This document shows, piece by piece, positions 49,267-58,969 of a DNA stretch of 64,000 nucleotides; the stretch's first letter is position 1; each line of letters begins with the position of its first letter. The notes under the pieces were generated by a model, which ran no database searches, was not told the DNA's origin, and saw nothing but the letters and a program-made list of their open reading frames with translations. Source of the stretch: Candidatus Tharpella sp. Lineage in GTDB: Bacteria; Desulfobacterota; Anaeroferrophillalia; Anaeroferrophillales; Tharpellaceae. The position numbers and the translations under genes were made by a program. The stretch lies in assembly GCA_021161425.1 (NCBI GenBank), contig JAGHAQ010000006.1, positions 11,142-75,141 of the forward strand, read 5' to 3'.

Positions 49267-50265
49267 TTACTTGGCGCTGGTTGATGAGGTTGTTCTGAGA
49301 AAGGCTTGGGTAAACCCGGTAGCTTGCACCCGGGCCAAAACCTCTTCCGGATTCTGAGCCACCTTGGGCCCGTCAAGCAGGAGTAGAGTGTGCGGCATCA
49401 GCAAACTCTCTTTCTGAACCTTTGGGTCAAGTCCGGCTGCATGGTACATATTTTCCCAAGCTACGACACTGGTCTCGAGATAGAAAGATCCGACAATCAC
49501 GGCATAACCGTCTTCCTGCCGCGTAAGAAAGGGCTTATCCCCCAATCCACGAGCCACGCCTATCATTGTTTTAGCTTTTTGCAAACTGGGATAAGGCCCC
49601 AGAAAAACCCGGTACATAGGGGTTAAACATTTTCGGGTTTCGGTTTTTACAGTAAAACCCAAGGCCTCAAGTTGAGAGCGAAATTTCTGCAGATCAGATT
49701 TTAAGAGATAACTCCCCACCTCAACCACCTGACTTACTACCGAAGAACCGGGAGCGGGAAGAGTTCGGCCCGTCACCGAAACCGGTTCAGCTAATGGTGC
49801 TGGATCTAGTAGCACGGCCTCAACCGACTGAGACTTTACGCCCTTAGGCGACACCGCTTTTTGCAACCCGACTGCAGTCGGAAACTTTTCATCCGTCTTA
49901 TTACTGGAGTTTGCTTCAGCAGCCTCCGGAGAAACTGTGATCCCATCTTGTCGGGATCCGTAATCCAGCTTTTTTACCACCGGGACGCTAGCCTCTACGG
50001 ATGATATTGGAAGCTCTGCATCATCGACTAACCGGGAGCTCTCTTCATGAACCGAAATAACCGGTTCGGAAGCGGGCGGCAAAGGAGCCAGGCTTACACG
50101 CGGACTAGCGATCGGCTCTTTCGGCATCCGGATCGGCGAAAAAGAGAGAAAATAATAAAAACCGATCAAAGCAAAAAGGAGAACCACAATCTCAAAACGC
50201 AGGAGGTTATCCAACCAACCATCCTGCCCCTTTTCAGCCTTACGTTTTTTCTTCACTTTTGCCAT
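49267..50265 (-). CDS. SPOR domain-containing membrane protein
   Basis: A TM segment (LLRFEIVVLLFALIGFYYFLSF) and a Pro/Ser/Ala/Val-rich linker are followed by two C-terminal SPOR-like repeats (YRVFLGPYPSLQKAKTMIGVARGLG…; YAVIVGSFYLE). The start is taken at Met18 to avoid overlapping the EF-G stop. Confidence 0.6.
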   Translation of the reverse strand: MAKVKKKRKAEKGQDGWLDNLLRFEIVVLLFALIGFYYFLSFSPIRMPKEPIASPRVSLAPLPPASEPVISVHEESSRLVDDAELPISSVEASVPVVKKLDYGSRQDGITVSPEAAEANSSNKTDEKFPTAVGLQKAVSPKGVKSQSVEAVLLDPAPLAEPVSVTGRTLPAPGSSVVSQVVEVGSYLLKSDLQKFRSQLEALGFTVKTETRKCLTPMYRVFLGPYPSLQKAKTMIGVARGLGDKPFLTRQEDGYAVIVGSFYLETSVVAWENMYHAAGLDPKVQKESLLMPHTLLLLDGPKVAQNPEEVLARVQATGFTQAFLRTTSSTSAK

Positions 50266-50278
50266 TGATGAACCAACC

Positions 50279-52366
50279 TTAGCTCTCTTCCTTCTCCAAC
50301 TTAGACGCAGCAACAATTTTGGCGGTCAAATGGCTTGGAACCTCTTCGTAATGGGAAAATTCCATCGTAAACATCCCGCGGCCACCGGTCATCGAACGCA
50401 GATCCGGAGCATATTTCAAGACCTCTGACATCGGCACCTGAGCCTTAATAAGCTGACTATTGGCCATCGGTTCAACCCCGTTGACCTTACCACGACGGCT
50501 ATTGAGGTCACCGATGATATCTCCCATATAGTCATTGGGGACATTAATATCCATTAACATTATGGGTTCCAAAAGAACCGGTTTGGCGTCGACAACCCCC
50601 TTCTTGAAAGCCATTGAACCGGCAATTTTGAAGGCCATTTCGGAAGAGTCAACTGTGTGATAGGAACCATCAAAGAGAGAGACCTTAAAATCAACTACCG
50701 GATATCCAGCCAGAACCCCGCCGATCATAGCCTCCTGTATTCCTTTTTCAACTGCCGGGATATATTGTCGCGGCACGACTCCGCCAACAATTTTGTTCTC
50801 AAACTCAAAGCCGCTGCCTTTGGGAAGAGGTTCTATTTTAATCCATACATCACCGAACTGACCCCGCCCACCGGACTGTTTCTTGTGACGACCCTGAACC
50901 GAAACCGTGCCCCTGATCGTCTCTTTATAAGGCACTTTCGGAGCATCCAGCTCAACATCAACGCCAAATTTGCGTTTAATGCGATCAACCGTCACCTCGA
51001 TATGTACCTGCCCCATGCCTGAGATAACAAGCTCTTTAGTTTGTTCATTGCGATCAATAGTGATGGTCGGATCTTCGGCCATCAACCGAGACAGGGCACT
51101 ACCCAACTTCTCCTCATCACCTTTACTCTTGGGCCGCAAAGAAAAAGAGATGACCGGGGCAGGAAGTTCGAGCCCCTTAAGACGTATTGGCGCTTTCTCA
51201 CTACAAAGCGTATCCCAGGTAACCGTCTCCTTGAGTTTGGCAACTGCCACGATATCTCCGGGTCCACATTTATCGATCGGAATCTGCTTATTACCTTCTA
51301 ATTTCAGGAGCTGGCCAATTCGTTCTTTACGATCCTTACTACTATTAAAACAGCTTGAATCTGAGGTCAAGGTTCCGCTGTAGACACGAAACAGTGAAAG
51401 TTGGCCGGTGAAGGGATCGGAAATAGTCTTAAAGACAATAGCTGAAAAAGGCGCATCAGCATCGGGAATAAGTTCTTGATCTTCACCCTCAGCCAGGATT
51501 TCCGCAATCTGTAAGGGTCGCTCCAAAGGTGAAGGCAGGCAGCTACAGACCAGATCCATTAACGGCTGGATACCTATATTTTTCAGAGCTGAGCCACAAA
51601 CAACCGGCACAAACTTGCCGGTCATGGTACCCTCATGGGTCGCCCGGTAGATCTCTTCAACCGTAATCTCTTCGCCACCGAGATACTTTTCCATCAAATC
51701 GTCGTCAGCTTCGACCACTCGTTCAATCATCGCTTCCCGGGCCTCTTCAGCCGCAGCCTGGAGATGGTCAGGGATCTCTTCAACACTGAATTTGCCACTC
51801 TGATCATTACCGTAGCGCATGGCTTTCATGGCAACCAGGTCAACAACCCCGACAAAATCTTCCTCTTTACCAATCGGCAACTGAAGAACTAAAGGAAAGC
51901 ATTTGAAAATCGCCTCCATCTCCCCCACGGCTCGGTCGAAATCGGCTCGTTCCCGATCCAGCTTACTAATAAAGACAACCCGGGGAATTTCAAATTCATC
52001 AGCATACTTCCAGACCGCCTCGGTCTGAACCTTGACACCGGAAATGGCACTGACAATAACAATGGCTCCGCCAGCCACCCGCAAACAAGCCTTAGTATCA
52101 ACAATAAAATTGGCATATCCCGGGGTATCAATAACGTTAATATGTTTTCCTTGCCAGTCAAGATGGTGGATCGCACTGGTCAGGGTGATTTTACGTTTTA
52201 TCTCCTCTGGTTCAGAGTCAAGTACCGAGGTACCGTTATCAACACTCCCCAGCCGAGCTGTACTCCCGCCATTAAAAAGCATTGCTTCAGCTAAAGAGGT
52301 TTTACCGGCTCCACCGTGCGCAATTATTGCGACATTTCTTAAATTTTCGCTTGTGTATGGGTTCAT
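50279..52366 (-). CDS. Elongation factor G paralogue (EF-G2-type)
   Basis: G-domain motifs (AHGGAGKTSLAEAML, DTPGYANF, SKLD) are followed by EF-G domains II-V. The gene is not in the rpsL-rpsG-fusA-tuf context. Confidence 0.93.
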   Translation of the reverse strand: MNPYTSENLRNVAIIAHGGAGKTSLAEAMLFNGGSTARLGSVDNGTSVLDSEPEEIKRKITLTSAIHHLDWQGKHINVIDTPGYANFIVDTKACLRVAGGAIVIVSAISGVKVQTEAVWKYADEFEIPRVVFISKLDRERADFDRAVGEMEAIFKCFPLVLQLPIGKEEDFVGVVDLVAMKAMRYGNDQSGKFSVEEIPDHLQAAAEEAREAMIERVVEADDDLMEKYLGGEEITVEEIYRATHEGTMTGKFVPVVCGSALKNIGIQPLMDLVCSCLPSPLERPLQIAEILAEGEDQELIPDADAPFSAIVFKTISDPFTGQLSLFRVYSGTLTSDSSCFNSSKDRKERIGQLLKLEGNKQIPIDKCGPGDIVAVAKLKETVTWDTLCSEKAPIRLKGLELPAPVISFSLRPKSKGDEEKLGSALSRLMAEDPTITIDRNEQTKELVISGMGQVHIEVTVDRIKRKFGVDVELDAPKVPYKETIRGTVSVQGRHKKQSGGRGQFGDVWIKIEPLPKGSGFEFENKIVGGVVPRQYIPAVEKGIQEAMIGGVLAGYPVVDFKVSLFDGSYHTVDSSEMAFKIAGSMAFKKGVVDAKPVLLEPIMLMDINVPNDYMGDIIGDLNSRRGKVNGVEPMANSQLIKAQVPMSEVLKYAPDLRSMTGGRGMFTMEFSHYEEVPSHLTAKIVAASKLEKEES

Positions 52367-52736
52367 TCCACTATTTCCTTACCTGAAAGCGGGTTGGGGT
52401 TGATATATACAAACATCTTTTGCGACTTTAACACTGTTCTGACAGACCTTTGGAAGCTGACAGCTTAAATTCCTACTGTAAATCGCTCCTAATTGTCAAG
52501 CCTTTAGTATTGTTAACTCTAAAAGTACCTCTACACCAAAATCTCAAAACAGATACCCTCGTAAAAAGTCGCTGCGACACTCACTCTGATGATGTTTTTT
52601 AGTAGACCACCAAACCGATCACTAAACCAGCAATCTCCTTGTAATCGTCATTGAAATATTGTAATAATAACATTCCAATATCATTCTCAGATGAACCCAC
52701 AATCATTACCAACTAAATTAAACGTGGAGATAGAAG

Positions 52737-53033
52737 ATGAATATAACTAACAATGAGGGTCAGATCACCATTACCCTGGAAGGAGATTTCACCAGCGACC
52801 TCCTGAACGACTTCAGGTCTTCCGTACAACAGGAGATCGATGCCGGCAACACCTCATTTACAATCGATTTCAAGGATACAGCAGTCATCGATTCAATGGG
52901 CATCGGCTGCCTGGTGGCTACCTACAACTCCTTAAAGCAGAAAGGCGGGGCAATAGAGCTAAGCAATGTTCCGGAAAACCTTAAGGATGTTTTCCAGATC
53001 ATGAGCCTCGATCGCATACTTACAATAGTCTGA
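52737..53033 (+). CDS. STAS-domain anti-sigma-factor antagonist-like protein
   Basis: The 98-aa SpoIIAA fold (…FKDTAVIDSMGIGCLV…) is immediately upstream of cheA. Confidence 0.8.
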   Translation: MNITNNEGQITITLEGDFTSDLLNDFRSSVQQEIDAGNTSFTIDFKDTAVIDSMGIGCLVATYNSLKQKGGAIELSNVPENLKDVFQIMSLDRILTIV

Positions 53034-53093
53034 ATACATCAACAACCATAGACCATCACATTACCAACAAAAAACCGAACATTGAGGTACGTC

Positions 53094-56000
53094 ATGTCCA
53101 TGTCATCTTTTATCGACGACGAAACTTTACGGGAATATATTAGCGAAAGCCTTGAACATCTTGCCGACATTGAACAGGACCTCCTGACGATTGAAGAGGG
53201 TGGGGCCGAAATCGATGAAGAGGTCGTCAACCGGGTCTTTCGGGCCGCCCATTCGCTCAAAGGAGGGGCCGGTTTTCTGGCCCTTGATACGATCAAAGAA
53301 CTCGCCCACAAGATCGAAAATGTTCTTGACATGATGCGCAACCGAGAGATTGTCCCAAACCCCGAAATCATCAACATCCTTCTAAACTCGTTTGACAAAC
53401 TGCGCGATTTGATCAACAACTCAGACACCAGCAATGAGGTAGATGTTGATGAATTCATCGTCGCCCTGGTAGGCTTGACTACGGCCCACCTTGCCCCAAC
53501 CGAACAGGAGAGCGTGTCAAATCTGGTTCCGATCACCAGAAACAACGGCAATATCATCTTTGAAGTCCCGGAGATTGATCTGGCCCAAGCTAAAAAAGGT
53601 GCCCAGAGCCTCTATCTTCTGGAATATGACCTTATCCATGATGTCTACCAACACGGTAAAACCCCTATGGAGATCATCAAAAACGTAATGGATCTGGGCA
53701 CTATCATTGAGAGTCTGGTTGATATCGAAAGAGTCGGCACTCTGGATGACGCCCCAATCAACTCAATCCCCTTCTATATGCTGATAAGTTCGATTATCGA
53801 ACCGGTCGTCGCCCCGGATTTTCTCGACCTCCCCGAGGAAAAGGTCCTACTCATCGGTTACAACGGCCAGCAGCAAGGCGGCAGCGCCCAAGAACCCGAA
53901 CAAGCCCAAGAAGCTACCCCGACAACGGAAACACCACAGACAGCGATAGCCCCGGAACCAGAACCACAAGCAACCCCGGGACTTAAAGAGATGCCGGCCC
54001 AGGAAACTGTCCCGCCCCAAACTCCAAAGAAGCCGACCCGGACTCCCAAAACTGATAAAACAGCCCCCCCTAAAGAGTCCTGCAAAATTGAAGCTCCGTC
54101 AAGCTTAAGGGTCAGCGTAAACCTACTTGAAAGTTTAATGACCCTGGCCGGCGAGATGGTTCTTTCACGGAACCAACTGCTACAAGCGATCAGCCAACAA
54201 GATCAGCACAGTATCAAGCTTTCCGGACAACGGATTGACCTTGTCACTTCGGAGTTGCAGGAAGCCATCATGCTCACCCGAATGCAGCCGATAGGCAGTG
54301 TTTTCAACAAGTTTCCCCGGGTCGTTCGGGATATGTCGCAAAAGCTCGACAAAGAGATCAACCTGGTCATCACTGGCAAGGACGTTGAACTCGACAAAAC
54401 CATTGTTGAGGGGCTTAACGACCCATTGACTCACCTCATCAGAAATTCGGCCGACCATGGCATTGAAAAACCCGAACCCAGGGTTGCCGCCGGCAAACCT
54501 CGAGCCGGCAAGATAGACCTCAAAGCCTATCATGAAGCCGGTCAGGTTAATATCGAAATAACCGATGACGGCAACGGTCTTGATGCTGAAAAAATCGCCG
54601 ACAAGGCCCTCGAAAAAGGGATGATCACAGCCGACCAGCATAAAGCCATGTCCCAAAAGGAGAAGATGGCCCTGATCTTGTTGCCGAGTCTCTCGACAGC
54701 AGAGAAGGTGACCGATGTCTCGGGCCGCGGAGTCGGCATGGATGTCGTCAAATCGAACATCGATCAACTCGGCGGTCAGATTGAAATTGACTCTGAAATT
54801 GGCCGGGGCACAACCATTAAGATAAAACTGCCCCTGACTCTGGCCATTATCCCCAGCCTCCTGGTCACCGTCGGCGAAGAACGTTTTGCGGTTCCCCAGG
54901 TCAACGTCAGCGAACTCGTCCGTATCGGGGCGGCCCAAGTCAAGGAGAGAATTGAAAGGGTTGGCGATTCAGAGGTCATGCCCCTGCGCGGTGAATTGAT
55001 ACCTCTAATCCGTCTGGACTTGATCCTCGGCATCAAATCAACCCTGGCCAACCCTGAAACTGGTGAAAAGATAGATGATCGACGACAGATGATTGCCGAT
55101 CGCCGCTCACCAACCACGGCAATCGATGAGTCACTCAACCAAGTTCCCGGAGAAGAGACCAAAGTTAAGGCACGCTCCGGCCATGACCGCCGCTATATGG
55201 CAAGCAGCGACCTTAACATCGTAGTCGTTTCTGCTGGTTCATTCAAATACGGATTGGTCGTCGACGATCTTCACGATTCGGTAGAAATTGTCGTCAAACC
55301 ACTAGGTCGGCACCTTAAACATCTATCCAGCTATGCCGGTGCCACAATCATGGGAGATGGCCGGGTCGCACTGATTCTTGATGTCGGCGGCGTTGCCAAA
55401 CTCGCCGACCTGATCTCTATGGCCGGGAGCCAGCGGGCCCAAGATCTGACTGAGATCAGCGAAGAAAGTCGCAGCAAAGATCGCCAAGCCTTGCTCCTCT
55501 TCGGCAATGGCACCAAAGAACCTTGTGCCGTACCTCTCGATCTCGTCGAACGGGTTGAACAAGTCAAATATGAAGATATCGAGATAAAGAGCGGGCAAAA
55601 GGTCATAAAATACCGTGGCGGCAGCCTCCCTCTTTTTGCTCTCTCTGACGTCGCTGAGGTTACGGAACTAACTAATGAACAGGAGCTGGTAGTCATTGTT
55701 TTCACGGTTGCAGATCGCGAAATAGGTCTTCTCGCTTCACAACCGGTTGACACCGTCGAAATAAAGGCTGTGATTGATCACGACACCCTACGTGACACCG
55801 GCATCATGGGGTCGACAATCATCAAGGAACAGACCACCTTGGTGATCGACATCTACGAACTCGTAGAAACCCTCAAGCCGGATTGGTTCAAACGGTTGCA
55901 GAAAAAAGATGCGCGCCGGAAAGAGGCGCAACGCCAGGACATTACCAACAACACCGACACTCCGTCTGAGATCAAAAAGATCCTGTTGGTTGAAGATTCA

Positions 56001-56336
56001 GATTTTTTTCGCGCTCAGCTGAAAAAATATATCGATGATGATGAACGCCAATGCGTGCCGACAGAGGATGGCTTGGAAGCCTGGAACTGGCTCCAGGAAC
56101 ATCCGGACGAGCCTTCTCTGATCATCACCGACATCGAAATGCCCAACATGGACGGATTTGAACTCTGTTACCGGATTAGAAACGACAGCCGTTTTGATCA
56201 TCTAAAGATCATCGCCGTCACCTCTCTGGCTGCCAACGAACATATCGCCAAAGGCAAAGAGGTCGGCATTGACGACTATCAGATCAAACTTGACAAAGAT
56301 AAGCTCCTAGCCAGCATTGATAAGCACATCCAATAA
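53094..56336 (+). CDS. cheA: Chemotaxis histidine kinase CheA with C-terminal receiver domain (CheA-CheY hybrid)
   Basis: Hpt is present (RAAHSLKGGAGFLALD). A Pro/Thr/Glu-rich linker leads to the dimerisation domain, the HATPase (NSADHGIE…ITDDGNGLD…GRGVGMDVV) and a CheW-like region. The C-terminus is a REC domain (KILLVEDSDFFR…IITDIEMPNMDGFEL). GAGG sits 6 nt before the ATG at 53094. Confidence 0.93.
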   Translation: MSMSSFIDDETLREYISESLEHLADIEQDLLTIEEGGAEIDEEVVNRVFRAAHSLKGGAGFLALDTIKELAHKIENVLDMMRNREIVPNPEIINILLNSFDKLRDLINNSDTSNEVDVDEFIVALVGLTTAHLAPTEQESVSNLVPITRNNGNIIFEVPEIDLAQAKKGAQSLYLLEYDLIHDVYQHGKTPMEIIKNVMDLGTIIESLVDIERVGTLDDAPINSIPFYMLISSIIEPVVAPDFLDLPEEKVLLIGYNGQQQGGSAQEPEQAQEATPTTETPQTAIAPEPEPQATPGLKEMPAQETVPPQTPKKPTRTPKTDKTAPPKESCKIEAPSSLRVSVNLLESLMTLAGEMVLSRNQLLQAISQQDQHSIKLSGQRIDLVTSELQEAIMLTRMQPIGSVFNKFPRVVRDMSQKLDKEINLVITGKDVELDKTIVEGLNDPLTHLIRNSADHGIEKPEPRVAAGKPRAGKIDLKAYHEAGQVNIEITDDGNGLDAEKIADKALEKGMITADQHKAMSQKEKMALILLPSLSTAEKVTDVSGRGVGMDVVKSNIDQLGGQIEIDSEIGRGTTIKIKLPLTLAIIPSLLVTVGEERFAVPQVNVSELVRIGAAQVKERIERVGDSEVMPLRGELIPLIRLDLILGIKSTLANPETGEKIDDRRQMIADRRSPTTAIDESLNQVPGEETKVKARSGHDRRYMASSDLNIVVVSAGSFKYGLVVDDLHDSVEIVVKPLGRHLKHLSSYAGATIMGDGRVALILDVGGVAKLADLISMAGSQRAQDLTEISEESRSKDRQALLLFGNGTKEPCAVPLDLVERVEQVKYEDIEIKSGQKVIKYRGGSLPLFALSDVAEVTELTNEQELVVIVFTVADREIGLLASQPVDTVEIKAVIDHDTLRDTGIMGSTIIKEQTTLVIDIYELVETLKPDWFKRLQKKDARRKEAQRQDITNNTDTPSEIKKILLVEDSDFFRAQLKKYIDDDERQCVPTEDGLEAWNWLQEHPDEPSLIITDIEMPNMDGFELCYRIRNDSRFDHLKIIAVTSLAANEHIAKGKEVGIDDYQIKLDKDKLLASIDKHIQ

Positions 56337-56370
56337 ACGTTGAACAGCAAAAACCCGGAGAAACCAAGCC

Positions 56371-56817
56371 ATGGCTGACACCACATTACAACTATGTTCA
56401 TTTCAACTGGCCGATGCTCTTTTCGGACTCGATACCATGCTGGTCCAAGAGATCATAAAGGTGCCCGAGATCACCAAAGTATACCAAGCACCCGAGGAGA
56501 TCATCGGCATTATCAACCTGCGCGGCAGGATTGTCACGATAATTGATCTGGCCATAAAACTCGACTTGCCAACCGAAGTTGAGATCAAAAACCGACGTAT
56601 CATAATCGTCGAATCAGACAACGAGCCCTTTGGCCTGATGGTCGACTACATCAATGATGTCATCCATATCGACGGTGATGATCTGGACCCGGCACCAGCC
56701 AATGTCCGCGCCACCCAAGGACGTTTTATTACCGGTGTTTTTCGCAACGAGGAGCAGTTGATTGCGATCCTTAATCTTGATGAGATTGTCAACCAAATAG
56801 AAAAAAAAGTTGATTAA
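56371..56817 (+). CDS. cheW: Chemotaxis coupling protein CheW
   Basis: The 148-aa protein is a single CheW domain (…FGLDTMLVQEIIKVPEITKV…GIINLRGRIVTIIDL…). Confidence 0.9.
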   Translation: MADTTLQLCSFQLADALFGLDTMLVQEIIKVPEITKVYQAPEEIIGIINLRGRIVTIIDLAIKLDLPTEVEIKNRRIIIVESDNEPFGLMVDYINDVIHIDGDDLDPAPANVRATQGRFITGVFRNEEQLIAILNLDEIVNQIEKKVD

Positions 56818-56831
56818 ATACCGGAGTTTTT

Positions 56832-57947
56832 ATGACCATAAAAGTTCTGGTCGTCGATGACACGATCCTCTACCGCAAAGTTATTGGCGACATTCTGAAA
56901 AGTGAAGACGATATCGAGGTAGTCGGCACTGCCAACAACGGCAAAATAGCCATCTCGCGCATCGAATCTTTACAACCCGACCTGCTGACACTGGATATTG
57001 AGATGCCGGTCTGCAATGGGCTTGAGGTTCTGGAATACCTGCACCGCAATCATCCCCAAATCGGTGCCATAATGCTCAGCAGCCTGACCCGCAAGGGCGG
57101 AGACATGACCATAAAAGCCCTCGAACTCGGGGCTTTTGATTTTATCCCCAAACCGGAAGGCGGCAGCATGGCTGAAAATCAGGCCTTCATCAAAAAAGAC
57201 CTGATTTCCAAAGTCAAAGCCTATGCCCGGCGCCACTATATCAAAAACATACTGACAAAACGGCCTCAAACAGCACCCAACAAAATCGAACCACCCACCA
57301 CCAGAACAACGTCTGCAACCGCAAAAACAGAAACCGTAAAACCGACGCCGGCAAAACGACGTAGCCTGCCTTCAACAATTATTGCTATCGGCATCTCAAC
57401 CGGTGGCCCCAATGCTTTGACGCGCATGCTGCCAATGCTGACGGCTCCAATCGGCGTACCGATTGTTATCGTCCAGCACATGCCTCCACTTTTCACCAAG
57501 TCACTGGCCGACAGCCTGGACAATAAATGTTCTCTCACTATCAAAGAAGCTGAAGATGGTGAGGTTCTGAAAAACGACGTCGTCTACATCGCCCCGGGTG
57601 GCAAACAAATGAAAATCGTTGCTGGAACCGACAACCACGGCAAAGTAAAAATCACCGATGATGCTCCGGAAAACAACTGCAAGCCAGCGGCCGATTATCT
57701 TTTTCGTTCCGTCGCCTCTCTCTACAAAGAAAAATCCACTGCGGTCATTATGACCGGCATGGGTAATGATGGAACCAAAGGGTTGCGCCTGATCAAACGT
57801 CACGGATCCCCGGTAATCGCCCAAGATGAAGAGAGTTGTGTTGTTTACGGCATGCCGAAAGAGGCCGTCAATGCCGGTGTTGTTGGTATATCGGTAACCC
57901 TCGACCGAATTGCCGCAGAGATCATCAAAACCGTGAAAAATCCATAA
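56832..57947 (+). CDS. cheB: Chemotaxis response regulator protein-glutamate methylesterase CheB
   Basis: An N-terminal REC domain (VLVVDDTILYRK…LTLDIEMPVCNG) is followed by the C-terminal methylesterase (AIGISTGGPNAL…VQHMPP…GMGNDG). Confidence 0.93.
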   Translation: MTIKVLVVDDTILYRKVIGDILKSEDDIEVVGTANNGKIAISRIESLQPDLLTLDIEMPVCNGLEVLEYLHRNHPQIGAIMLSSLTRKGGDMTIKALELGAFDFIPKPEGGSMAENQAFIKKDLISKVKAYARRHYIKNILTKRPQTAPNKIEPPTTRTTSATAKTETVKPTPAKRRSLPSTIIAIGISTGGPNALTRMLPMLTAPIGVPIVIVQHMPPLFTKSLADSLDNKCSLTIKEAEDGEVLKNDVVYIAPGGKQMKIVAGTDNHGKVKITDDAPENNCKPAADYLFRSVASLYKEKSTAVIMTGMGNDGTKGLRLIKRHGSPVIAQDEESCVVYGMPKEAVNAGVVGISVTLDRIAAEIIKTVKNP

Positions 57948-58003
57948 CCTTTCAATAGCTAACCTCTCAACGCAAGAAGTTACCCGGAGATACCGGAGCT
58001 CAC

Positions 58004-58843
58004 ATGATAAAAATTACTCCTCAGGAGTACCAAACCTACTGCAAATATGTTTACGATATCTGCTGCATTACTTTGGCCCCCAATCAGGCTTATCTGATTG
58101 AAACGAGGCTGGCACCGCTCATAAAAAAACTCGGTTGCAACAACTTCAGCGAACTCTATAACAAAAGCAAAGCAGACCAACTGAAAAAGCTTGAACAAGA
58201 GATCATAGATGCAATCACGACCAACGAAACCTATTTCTTTCGTGACAAATCTCCTTTTGACCTACTCCAACAAAAAATCCTTCCCGACTTGATCGACAAA
58301 CGCCCAGCCCGACCTGGCCTACCGACCACGATCAAAATTTGGAGTGCAGCCTGTTCGTTCGGCCAAGAGGTCTACAGTATTGCCATCACTCTCAAAGAGC
58401 TCTTGGGCAAAGACATCAGCAACTACCGTATATCGATCACCGGTACCGACATCTCGGATGAAGCCATCGCCCGTTCAAGTTACGGCCTCTACAACCAGTT
58501 TGAAGTTGAAAGAGGGCTACCTCCCAGCAAGTTACGACTCTATTTTGACCAAGCTGATAAAGGTTGGCGCATCAAGGATGAATTACGTTCGATGGTCTCT
58601 TTCCGAAAAACAAACCTCTTTCAGTCATTTGCCGCCCTGGGACGCTTCGACATCATCTTCTGCCGTAATGTCGCAATCTATTTCTCCCAACCTGACAAGG
58701 TCAAACTCTACGAAAAAATTGGCGGTGCCTTGGCCGCGGATGGCTATCTGCTGATCGGTGCTCAAGAAAGCCTGACCGGAATCACCAATATTTTTGAACC
58801 CCAACGCTACATGCGATCAATCTTCTATCAGCTTAAAGGGTAA
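58004..58843 (+). CDS. cheR: Chemotaxis protein methyltransferase CheR
   Basis: An N-terminal helical domain is followed by a SAM-dependent methyltransferase domain (IWSAACSFGQEVYSIA…IFCRNVAIYF). Confidence 0.9.
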   Translation: MIKITPQEYQTYCKYVYDICCITLAPNQAYLIETRLAPLIKKLGCNNFSELYNKSKADQLKKLEQEIIDAITTNETYFFRDKSPFDLLQQKILPDLIDKRPARPGLPTTIKIWSAACSFGQEVYSIAITLKELLGKDISNYRISITGTDISDEAIARSSYGLYNQFEVERGLPPSKLRLYFDQADKGWRIKDELRSMVSFRKTNLFQSFAALGRFDIIFCRNVAIYFSQPDKVKLYEKIGGALAADGYLLIGAQESLTGITNIFEPQRYMRSIFYQLKG

Positions 58844-58904
58844 AAAAATAACAGTTCCAAAGTTCAAAAAAAACATAGTAAGGCAATAATATCACCAACA
58901 AAAA

Positions 58905-58945
58905 AGAGGCACCGGTTAAAAACTCCGGTACCTCTTTTTTGTTTT
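58905..58945. terminator. Bidirectional Rho-independent terminator between cheR and the convergent HEAT-REC gene
   Basis: The hairpin AGAGGCACCGGttaaaaactCCGGTACCTCT has one mismatch. A-runs lie upstream and TTTTTTGTTTT lies downstream. Confidence 0.6.
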
Positions 58946-58969
58946 GCTACTTCGAGGGCGCCTTAAACT

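Noticed and set aside
54180-55753. Long antisense ORFs within cheA (54180-54938-, 55331-55753-)
   Set aside because: They are embedded antisense in a confidently identified CheA gene and show no start-site support.
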